A stretch of 32,000 bases of DNA from Desulfocapsa sulfexigens DSM 10523 (lineage in GTDB: Bacteria; Desulfobacterota; Desulfobulbia; Desulfobulbales; Desulfocapsaceae), in NCBI RefSeq assembly GCF_000341395.1, contig NC_020304.1, positions 1,020,001 through 1,052,000 on the forward strand, read 5' to 3'. Position 1 is the stretch's first letter; every line of letters starts with the position of its first letter. Position numbers and translations under genes: made by a program. The notes under the pieces were generated by a model, which did not search any database, had not been told where the DNA came from, and saw nothing but the letters and a program-made list of their open reading frames with translations. Positions 24,554 through 32,000 of the stretch are shown here, in pieces.

Positions 24554-26410
24554 ATGAAATATAGAGCCGACATAGACGGCCTTCGTGCCCTTGCCATCAT
24601 TCCTGTTGTCCTCTATCACGCAAAGGTGGGACCATTTAGCGGTGGATTTGTCGGTGTTGATATTTTCTTTGTTATTTCCGGCTATCTGATCACTCTGCTT
24701 ATCAATGAAGAGATCCGTCAGGGACGATTTACCATACTTGACTTTTATGAGCGACGGGTCAGGCGTATCTTTCCGGCACTCTTTTTCGTTATTTGCATCT
24801 GTTCCCTTATTTCGTCAATCATCCTCTTCCCCATGGCTTTTCGGGATTATGGACAAAGTGTTGTTGCTGCAACGCTCTTTGTGGCGAATATTCTTTTCGC
24901 CAAGGAAGCAGGTTATTTTGGGGCAGCCTCCGAGACAAAACCACTTCTTCACACCTGGTCTCTCTCCGTCGAAGAACAGTTTTATGTCATCTTTCCTGTC
25001 GTCCTGCTGGTGGCTCATAAATATTTCCAGGGTCGCTGGAAAATTTTTCTTTTACCTGCCGCTCTTCTCTCTCTTATCCTGAATATCTGGGCAGTTGGCC
25101 CATATCCCACGGCAACATTTTATCTTTTCCCAACACGAGCCTGGGAATTACTCCTCGGCTCATTGCTTGCTCTTGGCTTCTTCCCTGTACTTCGCAGCCA
25201 GTGGCAACGTGATATCACCTCGATTGTTGGCCTGCTGTGTATCCTGTGGTCCGTCTTTCAATTCACCAACAACACTCCTTTTCCTGGAATCAACGCCCTC
25301 ATTCCCTGTCTTGGAGCGACATTACTTATCTACTCCGGTAAGGACGGGACATCTCTTGTTGGTCGCTTCCTCGGACTTCGGCCCATTGTCTTTATCGGAC
25401 TCATTTCCTACTCACTCTATCTCTGGCACTGGCCCATAATTGTCTTTGCCAAGCATGTGTTTTTTGAAGGTTTTACCATTTACCATACACTGGCTATCCT
25501 GGCCCTGTCATTTCTAATGGCCATCTTTTCATGGCATTTTGTTGAACGTCCATTTCGTAAAAGAACCGCACTACCACATCGCAGGAATCTCTTTGCTGCA
25601 GCAACACTGATTATGGCAGTAAGTGTAATCACCGGATACATTATCCACAAAAATGATGGCTTTCCCGGAAGATTCGACAACCGCCTCGTTTCATTTACTT
25701 ACAATCTCCGTCAATACAAAATTGGAACCTGTTTTCTCGGGGAAAAGCAGCGCCACTCTGCATGGAAGGGAGAATCGTGCTTTTTACAGACGGATAAGCA
25801 GTCCAACACCCTCTTATGGGGTGATTCTTTTGCTGCCCATTATGTACCAGGCATATTGAAAAACACAGATAGCATTGACTCAAACGTGCTGCTGTACAGC
25901 CTCTCCGGCTGTGCTCCAGTATTTTCCTACGACCCACCCTTTCGAAAACAGTGCAAACAATTCTCTGCACAGATTGATCAGATTCTTACAGAGTATGATA
26001 TTTCCACAGTTGTTCTGGCAGCAGGATGGGATCTTGCACTCAAAAGCGGACTCCGCTATGAAGAGCTTGATAGCACAATCCAGTACCTTCAAAAAAAAGG
26101 GCTCAAGGTTCTTCTCATAGGTCAGAGTCCGCGCTTTGACAGAAGTGTTCAGGATATTAACAATAACTCCATAGTTGTCAGAATGCCTGCTTCCAAGAGC
26201 CTGCTCTCCATAGACATCAATGCCATTAACTCTCAATTACAGAAAATTGCGGGGCCAGGCAGTTTTGCTGATCCAAGCCAAGCCTTTTGTGAAGGACTGG
26301 TCTGTCGGTTTAAAGACGAAGACACCTTCTTTTTCTGGGATGACGGTCACATGACAACTGCCGGGAGCGACAGGGCAATCCAGTCTATCCTCTCTCAAGT
26401 GCATTTTTAA
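24554..26410 (+). CDS. Acyltransferase 3 with C-terminal SGNH domain (OafA/YrhL type)
   Basis: 618 aa; YRADIDGLRALAIIPVVLYHAKVGPFSGGFVGVDIFFVISGYLIT, HTWSLSVEEQFY, multiple TMs, LLWGDSFAAHY (GDS) and DDGHMTTAGS (D..H). Confidence 0.92.
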   Translation: MKYRADIDGLRALAIIPVVLYHAKVGPFSGGFVGVDIFFVISGYLITLLINEEIRQGRFTILDFYERRVRRIFPALFFVICICSLISSIILFPMAFRDYGQSVVAATLFVANILFAKEAGYFGAASETKPLLHTWSLSVEEQFYVIFPVVLLVAHKYFQGRWKIFLLPAALLSLILNIWAVGPYPTATFYLFPTRAWELLLGSLLALGFFPVLRSQWQRDITSIVGLLCILWSVFQFTNNTPFPGINALIPCLGATLLIYSGKDGTSLVGRFLGLRPIVFIGLISYSLYLWHWPIIVFAKHVFFEGFTIYHTLAILALSFLMAIFSWHFVERPFRKRTALPHRRNLFAAATLIMAVSVITGYIIHKNDGFPGRFDNRLVSFTYNLRQYKIGTCFLGEKQRHSAWKGESCFLQTDKQSNTLLWGDSFAAHYVPGILKNTDSIDSNVLLYSLSGCAPVFSYDPPFRKQCKQFSAQIDQILTEYDISTVVLAAGWDLALKSGLRYEELDSTIQYLQKKGLKVLLIGQSPRFDRSVQDINNNSIVVRMPASKSLLSIDINAINSQLQKIAGPGSFADPSQAFCEGLVCRFKDEDTFFFWDDGHMTTAGSDRAIQSILSQVHF

Positions 26411-26466
26411 ACAGCACTCCCATTTATTGGGATAAAAAAAATCGCACCTTCCTGCCTGCAACCAAG

Positions 26467-27321
26467 TTATTGCAAAGAAAGCAGATAGGTTCGCAGATTC
26501 ATTGTCCGATCCTGTAATCCCAGCTTGCGACGCAGATTTTTTCGATGAAAACTGATGGTACTCACTGATACCCCTAATACATCTCCAATTTCCTGACTGC
26601 TTTTTCCAGTCCGAATCAGTGCAGCCACCTCGACCTCCTGAGGTGTCAGAAGAAGGTTGAGTGAGGAAAGCCGATTGAGAAAAGGGGAAATAATGTCATT
26701 GAGATTATTCTCCACAATATCGATCAGGGTTCGTTCCCTCGGGTTTTTGAGGGAGTTCTTCAGTTTTTCTGCGTAAGGAAGTACCAGCTCATGGATGTTG
26801 GCAGTCATTCGCTGCTCCAGATCTGCCAGTCCTCGCTCCCGGTGCTCAAGCAGTACCTTGAGGGCCACATTCACCTCCTCCAGCTTTTCACTCTTCAGTC
26901 GCAGCTCCTCCTCCTTCTGCTGCAGCTCTTCCTGGGCAAGAAAAAGAGGAGTGACATCTTCATGTACCAGCATAACCCAATGCTCTGCCTCTGAAAGATA
27001 GGGGAGTACCCGAAGGTTGAACCAGCGACGCCGGCTTGGTGAATGACAGGGATATTGAATCACAAACTCCAGGAGCTCACCAGCCAGCACCTTCTGAATG
27101 CCCACAACGACCAATTCCCCTTCCGGGTCTCCACAGGCAGTTGCAGCTTCACAGATATTCAGGTAGTTGACTCCAAGGGAATCTGTTTTCCCCTCCAGTC
27201 CATTTTCTTCTCCATACTCCTGCCATGCCCGGTTGGTCTTGACTATAACCCCTTTATCATCAAGCACCGCTACATGTGCTGACAGCGAATCAACAATGAT
27301 CTCATACATGTGATCGTTCAT
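26467..27321 (-). CDS. PAS-domain LuxR-family transcriptional regulator
   Basis: 284 aa; N-term PAS-like IVDSLSAHVAVLDDKGVIVKTNRAWQEY, coiled-coil linker, LuxR HTH LTPQEVEVAALIRTGKSSQEIGDVLGVSVSTISFHRKNLRRKLGL. Confidence 0.9.
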   Translation of the reverse strand: MNDHMYEIIVDSLSAHVAVLDDKGVIVKTNRAWQEYGEENGLEGKTDSLGVNYLNICEAATACGDPEGELVVVGIQKVLAGELLEFVIQYPCHSPSRRRWFNLRVLPYLSEAEHWVMLVHEDVTPLFLAQEELQQKEEELRLKSEKLEEVNVALKVLLEHRERGLADLEQRMTANIHELVLPYAEKLKNSLKNPRERTLIDIVENNLNDIISPFLNRLSSLNLLLTPQEVEVAALIRTGKSSQEIGDVLGVSVSTISFHRKNLRRKLGLQDRTMNLRTYLLSLQ

Positions 27322-27374
27322 TGGCTCCTCATATTGATAGCTTTACCTATTATTTTTCTATCCTTTAACCCGTA

Positions 27375-27403
27375 TTGCCATCCAAAGTATCACAGCTTAC
27401 AGT
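27375..27403 (+). promoter_or_regulatory. Candidate sigma-70 promoter TTGCCA-N17-TACAGT
   Basis: -35 TTGCCA 27375-27380, -10 TACAGT 27398-27403, 17-bp spacer, about 70 bp upstream of the first small-protein start. Confidence 0.4.
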
Positions 27404-27471
27404 AAAGACAAGGTTAAATACACCTTATGGAACAAGCAACAATACAAACAATAAATAAAATGGAGACTGTT

Positions 27472-27654
27472 ATGAATAATAATACACAGAGTGGATTTGG
27501 AAATATGGTTTGGGTACGAGATAAGGACGGCAGGGAATATGCCTGTGCCGCGGATGCTCTCAAGGGAAACATCAAACACAAAGAAGAACTTTCGCCAGAA
27601 GAAAGAGCCGGCTGTATGGATGTCAGTACATTTGTAGGCACTGAACGCTGGTAA
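27472..27654 (+). CDS. Small conserved 60-aa protein, paralog A (two Cys, C-terminal VGTERW)
   Basis: MNNNTQSGFGNMVWVRDKDGREYACAADALKGNIKHKEELSPEERAGCMDVSTFVGTERW from ATG 27472 (RBS GGAG, 7-nt spacing). 41/60 identical to the ORF at 31098-31280, which is strong evidence that it is a real gene. Confidence 0.9.
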   Translation: MNNNTQSGFGNMVWVRDKDGREYACAADALKGNIKHKEELSPEERAGCMDVSTFVGTERW

Positions 27655-27667
27655 AGAAGACTATCAG

Positions 27668-27703
27668 GATGAAACTCTTTTCAGATATGGAAAGAGTTTC
27701 ATC
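27668..27703. repeat. 13-bp perfect inverted repeat (hairpin), no U-tract
   Basis: GATGAAACTCTTT-(TCAGATATGG)-AAAGAGTTTCATC located between paralog A stop and the next gene start. Confidence 0.85.
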
Positions 27704-27724
27704 TCAACCATAATGGAGAAGATC

Positions 27725-27946
27725 ATGAATGAATGCAGCCTGAATCACTTCACAGAAAGTCTCGAACCCTGGTTGAATGCAAACTACATCCGCTCCATTG
27801 CGCTTGATAACAGTGGCAGGATTGTTTTTTCCTTCATTGACGGCGTAAGCGATGTATACCGGATAACAGATTGCAACCGATCACAGATTGAAGCAGTCTG
27901 CAGGGATCTTCAGGAAAAAGGCATAGTGGTAAAAGGTCTGGAGTAA
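27725..27946 (+). CDS. Uncharacterised 73-aa protein
   Basis: MNECSLNHFTESLEPWLNANYIRSIALDNSGRIVFSFIDGVSDVYRITDCNRSQIEAVCRDLQEKGIVVKGLE; RBS GGAGAAGATC before ATG 27725; tightly packed with next gene. Confidence 0.7.
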   Translation: MNECSLNHFTESLEPWLNANYIRSIALDNSGRIVFSFIDGVSDVYRITDCNRSQIEAVCRDLQEKGIVVKGLE

Positions 27947-27950
27947 GCAC

Positions 27951-28217
27951 ATGTCTTTAATTGATAAAAAATACGATGAGACCTTTTCCAGCATTCTTCG
28001 CTACTACGAAGAGAGGATAGATGCTGATCCCAAAGGTACACTGGTATTAGTCAATCAGGAACTGGAAAGTCAGAATATTCGCTTTGGCAATAACTGGACA
28101 GGAAGAGGGGTGGTCATGGATGCTGTGATAGCAGCCACCATCTCAGCCTTGGAAATTGTTCGTTCTGCCTGTGAGTACTCTATTGAAAATAACATTACAG
28201 AGAAGGAAAACGTATAA
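27951..28217 (+). CDS. Uncharacterised 88-aa protein
   Basis: RBS GGAG overlaps preceding stop region; 4 bp gap upstream, 1 bp gap downstream: translationally coupled arrangement. Confidence 0.7.
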   Translation: MSLIDKKYDETFSSILRYYEERIDADPKGTLVLVNQELESQNIRFGNNWTGRGVVMDAVIAATISALEIVRSACEYSIENNITEKENV

Positions 28218-28218
28218 A

Positions 28219-28614
28219 ATGAATTTAGAAACCTATTTTTCAGAAATAAAGGGAATCGGAGTTATGGCCACCAGTGATAAAAACGGAGTGGTAGATACAG
28301 CAATCTACTCAAGGCCACATGTTCAGGGCAAAGATGAACTCGCATTTATTATGCGGGATCGACTTACCCACAAAAATCTTCAGGAAAACAATCATGCCAG
28401 TTATCTCTTTCTTGAAGATGGACAGGGATACAGTGGTGTACGTCTCTTTCTCAGCAAAATTGATGAAAGCAGCGATCAGGAACTGATAAGCTCACTCAGC
28501 AGACGGCACTCCAGCCCAGAAAATGACAAACAGCAGGGAGAGAAGTTTCTCGTTCGATTCAGGGTGGAGAGGGTTCTTACTCTTGTTGGCGGAAACGATG
28601 TGATTATTGAATGA
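28219..28614 (+). CDS. Pyridoxamine 5'-phosphate oxidase-like (split-barrel FMN-binding) family protein
   Basis: 131 aa from ATG 28219: IKGIGVMATSDKNGVVDTAIYSRPHV...ELAFIMRDRLTHKNLQENNHASYLFLEDGQGYSGVRLFLSK is typical of PNPOx-like proteins. Confidence 0.8.
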   Translation: MNLETYFSEIKGIGVMATSDKNGVVDTAIYSRPHVQGKDELAFIMRDRLTHKNLQENNHASYLFLEDGQGYSGVRLFLSKIDESSDQELISSLSRRHSSPENDKQQGEKFLVRFRVERVLTLVGGNDVIIE

Positions 28615-28629
28615 AACAGGGAGCAGAGC

Positions 28630-29442
28630 ATGAACAGTAATTCTCAAACATCTCTACCCTCTGCTCTTTACATCTCCCATGGTGGCGGCCCTCTTCCTCT
28701 GCTGGGAGACGTCTCCCACCGGGAGATGGTTGATGGCCTTAAGACTGTAGCGACCATTCTCCAAAGACCGGCGGCAATCATTGTGGTCAGTGCTCATTGG
28801 GAAGCTGACAAAGTAACAATTCTTGGTGGTGCAAATCCTCCCCTTCTCTTCGACTATGGTGGCTTTCCGCCAGAGGCGTATACCATTGAATATCCTGCTC
28901 CTGGTGATTCAGTGCTGGCAGGTAAAATAGTTGAACTTCTGCAAAAGGATGGCATTGAGGCAGATCTGACGGAAAACCGAGGTTTTGACCATGGTCTCTT
29001 TGTTCCTCTGAAAATCATGTACCCTGAGGCAGATATCCCATGTGTTCAAGTTTCGCTCATAAAGGGTCTACAGCCTGCCGAACATATCGCCCTTGGCAGG
29101 AGCCTTGGTGGATTAAAGGATAAAAATATCCTTGTCCTTGGCTCCGGTTTTTCATTTCACAATATGAAGGCCTTCTTTACCCCGTCCACCTCGGCTATAG
29201 AGTCAATGAATGAATCCTTTGAACAATGGTTGATGGATACCTGCACAGACGCAAATTTTACTGAAGAGGAACGGGAGCAGAGGCTTCTGCACTGGGAGAA
29301 AGCTCCCGCTGCACGTTTCTGCCATCCAAGAGAGGAGCATCTTTTGCCCTTACATGTCTGTTACGGATTTGCCGGGAAAATTGCCAGACGGAGTTTTTCC
29401 TGGCAGGTGATGGGGAAAAAGGTCAGCGCTTACTTGTGGTGA
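28630..29442 (+). CDS. DODA-type (class III) extradiol ring-opening dioxygenase family protein
   Basis: 270 aa; ALYISHGGGPLPLL, IIVVSAHWEA, PPLLFDYGGFPPEAYTIEYPAPG, FDHGLFVPLKIMYPEADIPCVQVSL, NILVLGSGFSFHN. Confidence 0.9.
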   Translation: MNSNSQTSLPSALYISHGGGPLPLLGDVSHREMVDGLKTVATILQRPAAIIVVSAHWEADKVTILGGANPPLLFDYGGFPPEAYTIEYPAPGDSVLAGKIVELLQKDGIEADLTENRGFDHGLFVPLKIMYPEADIPCVQVSLIKGLQPAEHIALGRSLGGLKDKNILVLGSGFSFHNMKAFFTPSTSAIESMNESFEQWLMDTCTDANFTEEEREQRLLHWEKAPAARFCHPREEHLLPLHVCYGFAGKIARRSFSWQVMGKKVSAYLW

Positions 29443-29496
29443 GAAGCTTCCCTATAGTATCACATAAGAATCTCAATTCTTCACAAGCAGATTAGT

Positions 29497-30960
29497 ATGC
29501 ACTCCTACGATACCATTATCATCGGTGCCGGAATTGGCGGCCTTGTCTCGGCTGCTCTGCTGGCGGCTGAAGGTAAGCAAGTTCTTGTTTTGGAACAGCA
29601 TACGAGTGTGGGGGGCTGTGCCGCAACATTCTCCCATCGTGGCTTTCGCTTCGATACTGGTGCAACCATAGGAAGTGGTTTTCAAGACAGCGGTCCCATG
29701 CAATGGCTTGCTGACAAGCTCAATCTTTGTTGGCCAACGCAGCGATTGAAGACTGCATGGGAGTATCGTGAAGGGAACACCACGCTTCTGCTTGATAAAA
29801 ATCGTCACAACCTACTGCAAAATTTTCCTGCCTCCGAATCATTCTGGAGGGAACAGGCAGATATTGCGGATCGGCTCTGGGCGGTGTCAGAAAAACTTCT
29901 CTCCCTCTATCAGCAGAGCCGGTCACAGCAGATAGCTGCACTTCTCGGTGTGCTACCGACTAAAATGTGTAGCTCAAAAATCCTCCAACTGTGTACCATG
30001 TCAGCCAAAAGCTGGCTGGAGAAACACGACCTGCACAGAGATAAAGCCTTTTGCCGATTCATCAATGCCCAGTTGTTGATTTCCGCCCAAACCACCTCTT
30101 CTTCCACTAATGCACTCTATGCTGCCATGGCCCTTGACCTGCCACGAACGTCACCATGCTCCATTGCTGGTGGTATAGGAACTATTGCGGACATGCTCGC
30201 CACGAAAATCAGGAGCCTGGGTGGACAGATGCACTGCGGTGAAAAGGCACTTTCCTTTACAGTGGATAAAGACACGATAAGTGAGGTGGTCTCCAGTAAG
30301 GCACGCTATACAGCCAGAGAAATTGTGTTTAATGGTTCCAGTGCCGGATTGTCCACTCTGCTCGGCAAAAAAATCCCCTCGACCTGGCAAACAAAAAGCC
30401 GTGCCAGGTGGGGTGCATTCATCCTCCATATTGCTGCTGGTAAAAAGATCATGGAACAACTTACCTCCTCACACCTACAGCTTGTGGATGCAGCTGCCGG
30501 GAAACTGGCCGAGGGGGCATCACTTTTTTTATCCGCCTCCCTTCCCTATGACATGACACGAGCACCAGAAGGAAAAGTTGCTCTCAGCATCTCCACCCAT
30601 ACGGCCGTTCAACCCTGGTGGGACGCCTGGAACAAGGGAAAGGATAGCTATACAGCCATGAAACGGGGGTACACGGATGAAATTCTTGCCCTGTTGGAAA
30701 GCTATGTGCCCGGATTCAAGTCCAGTATAGATTTTTGCATGGCAGGAACCCCAATTACCTACAGTCGTTACACCGGACGTCATCTTGGCCTGGTTGGAGG
30801 ATATAGCCAGAATAGCCTGATTCCGCCAAAACAGAATCACTTCGGGATAAAAAACTGCACACTGGTGGGTGATTTCACCTTTCCGGGGCAATCCATGGCT
30901 GCAGTAACGGTTGGAGCGACTTTGTCTGTGGATCGAATTTTCCGGCGACTTGAAGAGTGA
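29497..30960 (+). CDS. FAD/NAD(P)-dependent oxidoreductase, phytoene desaturase/CrtISO-like
   Basis: 487 aa; [53 protein letters not shown]; C-term GLVGGYSQ...[22 protein letters not shown]. Confidence 0.88.
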   Translation: MHSYDTIIIGAGIGGLVSAALLAAEGKQVLVLEQHTSVGGCAATFSHRGFRFDTGATIGSGFQDSGPMQWLADKLNLCWPTQRLKTAWEYREGNTTLLLDKNRHNLLQNFPASESFWREQADIADRLWAVSEKLLSLYQQSRSQQIAALLGVLPTKMCSSKILQLCTMSAKSWLEKHDLHRDKAFCRFINAQLLISAQTTSSSTNALYAAMALDLPRTSPCSIAGGIGTIADMLATKIRSLGGQMHCGEKALSFTVDKDTISEVVSSKARYTAREIVFNGSSAGLSTLLGKKIPSTWQTKSRARWGAFILHIAAGKKIMEQLTSSHLQLVDAAAGKLAEGASLFLSASLPYDMTRAPEGKVALSISTHTAVQPWWDAWNKGKDSYTAMKRGYTDEILALLESYVPGFKSSIDFCMAGTPITYSRYTGRHLGLVGGYSQNSLIPPKQNHFGIKNCTLVGDFTFPGQSMAAVTVGATLSVDRIFRRLEE

Positions 30961-30971
30961 AACCTGTTAAC

Positions 30972-30993
30972 AATGACAGTATTCACTGTCATT
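30972..30993. repeat. 9-bp perfect inverted repeat AATGACAGT-attc-ACTGTCATT
   Basis: Immediately downstream of the oxidoreductase stop and upstream of paralog B promoter region. Confidence 0.8.
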
Positions 30994-31013
30994 AAACTCT
31001 CTTCTAACCCCCA

Positions 31014-31041
31014 TTGATTATCTCTCGTATAGGGCTATTGT
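31014..31041 (+). promoter_or_regulatory. Candidate sigma-70 promoter TTGATT-N16-TATTGT
   Basis: Upstream of paralog B; spacing 16 bp; -10 match is modest. Confidence 0.35.
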
Positions 31042-31097
31042 ATAAAGCATGAGCAGCAAACGCAGTACAACCATTAAAACTATCTAAGGAGAACATC

Positions 31098-31280
31098 ATG
31101 GCTGATAAATCAAAAAGTGGATTTGGAAATCTTGTATGGGTAAGTGACAAAGACGGTAAACAATACGCCTGTAACGTTGAGGCCCTGAAAGGGAATATCA
31201 GGACAAAAGAAGAGTTGAGCGAAGAGGAAAAAGCCAGCTGTACTGATGTTAGCACCATCGTTGGCACCGAACGCTGGTAA
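31098..31280 (+). CDS. Small conserved 60-aa protein, paralog B (two Cys, C-terminal VGTERW)
   Basis: MADKSKSGFGNLVWVSDKDGKQYACNVEALKGNIRTKEELSEEEKASCTDVSTIVGTERW; AAGGAG RBS 6-7 nt upstream; same length as paralog A. Confidence 0.92.
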   Translation: MADKSKSGFGNLVWVSDKDGKQYACNVEALKGNIRTKEELSEEEKASCTDVSTIVGTERW

Positions 31281-31360
31281 GGTCGCAGGCATACTTTTCT
31301 TTGATTTGCAGGAACAAAGCCTGAAAAACAGAAGCAAAGAGTAAGAAAATCTTTGTTTTA

Positions 31361-31393
31361 AAGGTGTTGCCTTTCAGGCAGCACCTTTTTTTT
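31361..31393 (+). terminator. Rho-independent terminator
   Basis: AAGGTGTTGCC-ttcag-region-GGCAGCACCTT stem (one G-T pair) followed by a run of T to 31393. Confidence 0.88.
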
Positions 31394-31438
31394 ATTAGCA
31401 GTACCATGGGTAATAGACACTCTGCAAGAGGATGAAAA

Positions 31439-31870
31439 ATGGAATATAATGTAAGTTCACTGACAGCATTGCAGCTTATTGTGGATAGTGGACTGCTTAT
31501 CCTGATCTGGCTTGTCCAGTTAATTATCTACCCCTCATTTCGCTATACCGAGAACAATCAATTTGTCGCCTGGCATGGCAGATACACAGCTCTGATTGGC
31601 TTGATTGTTGCTCCCCTTATGTTTAGCCAGGTAGGAGTAGAAGTTGCCTTTTTTCTGGGGCAAGATCCGAGATGGAACCGCATTCTGATCATTTTAGCAA
31701 TCTGGACAGCCACCTTCGGCCTTTCTGTTCCCTGCCACAATCGCCTGCATAGGCAAGGAAAGGAGCTGATCACCCTTAAGCGACTGGTCACAACTAACTG
31801 GATTCGAACCCTGTGTTGGAGTCTGTTATTTTTAGAAACCGTTTTAATCTCAGACGGAAACTTTTTTTAA
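31439..31870 (+). CDS. Uncharacterised 4-TM membrane protein
   Basis: 143 aa with about four hydrophobic segments (LLILIWLVQLIIY, YTALIGLIVAPLMF, ILIILAIWTATFGLSV, TLCWSLLFLETVLI). Confidence 0.75.
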   Translation: MEYNVSSLTALQLIVDSGLLILIWLVQLIIYPSFRYTENNQFVAWHGRYTALIGLIVAPLMFSQVGVEVAFFLGQDPRWNRILIILAIWTATFGLSVPCHNRLHRQGKELITLKRLVTTNWIRTLCWSLLFLETVLISDGNFF

Positions 31871-31883
31871 TGGAGTATTCGTG

Positions 31884-32000
31884 ATGAACTCTTCCTTTCC
31901 ACGCCCAAGAGTCCTTGTCAGTCGCTGTCTTGGTTTTGCACCCTGCCGTTATGACGGAGCACAGCTTTCTTCAATGGTTGTGAAACTACTGCAGAACCAC
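31884..32000 (+). CDS. DUF523-family protein (YbgA-type, truncated by window end)
   Basis: MNSSFPRPRVLVSRCLGFAPCRYDGAQLSSMVVKLLQNH; the SRCLGF-x-CRYDG signature is typical of DUF523; RBS GGAG upstream. Confidence 0.8.
   Translation, partial: MNSSFPRPRVLVSRCLGFAPCRYDGAQLSSMVVKLLQNH

Overview
This is ordinary bacterial chromosome by gene content, with mostly full-length housekeeping genes. The protein types suggest a Desulfobacterota-like Gram-negative, but that is inference. I see no rRNA, tRNA, CRISPR array, integrase/transposase or prophage module. Left to right: phoU (partial, -), phoB (TTG start), phoR; a TMEM43-like membrane protein (-); an isolated short flagellin behind a strong sigma-54 promoter; a fused 5-oxoprolinase (-); exported MsrA-MsrB fusion (-); pyrG-kdsA-kdsC-lptC; a DUF4198-type periplasmic protein; an ODP/MBL-fold protein with a CheZ-like C-terminal tail; an orphan family-1 solute-binding protein paired with a large hybrid histidine kinase; a convergent second hybrid kinase; trmO (-); an AT3-SGNH acyltransferase; a PAS-LuxR regulator (-); then an accessory cluster at 27.4-32 kb. 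The most promising undescribed material is (1) two paralogous 60-aa proteins (41/60 identical, two invariant cysteines) flanking a compact cassette of two uncharacterised small proteins, a PNPOx-like protein, a DODA-type dioxygenase and a CrtISO-like FAD oxidoreductase; (2) the ODP-like protein whose C-terminus (QEELDNLLDDLMG) resembles the CheY-binding tail of CheZ; and (3) the transporter-less solute-binding protein plus hybrid kinase, which looks like a TorT/TorS-type sensing pair. All assignments are from reading sequence only; no database search was run.
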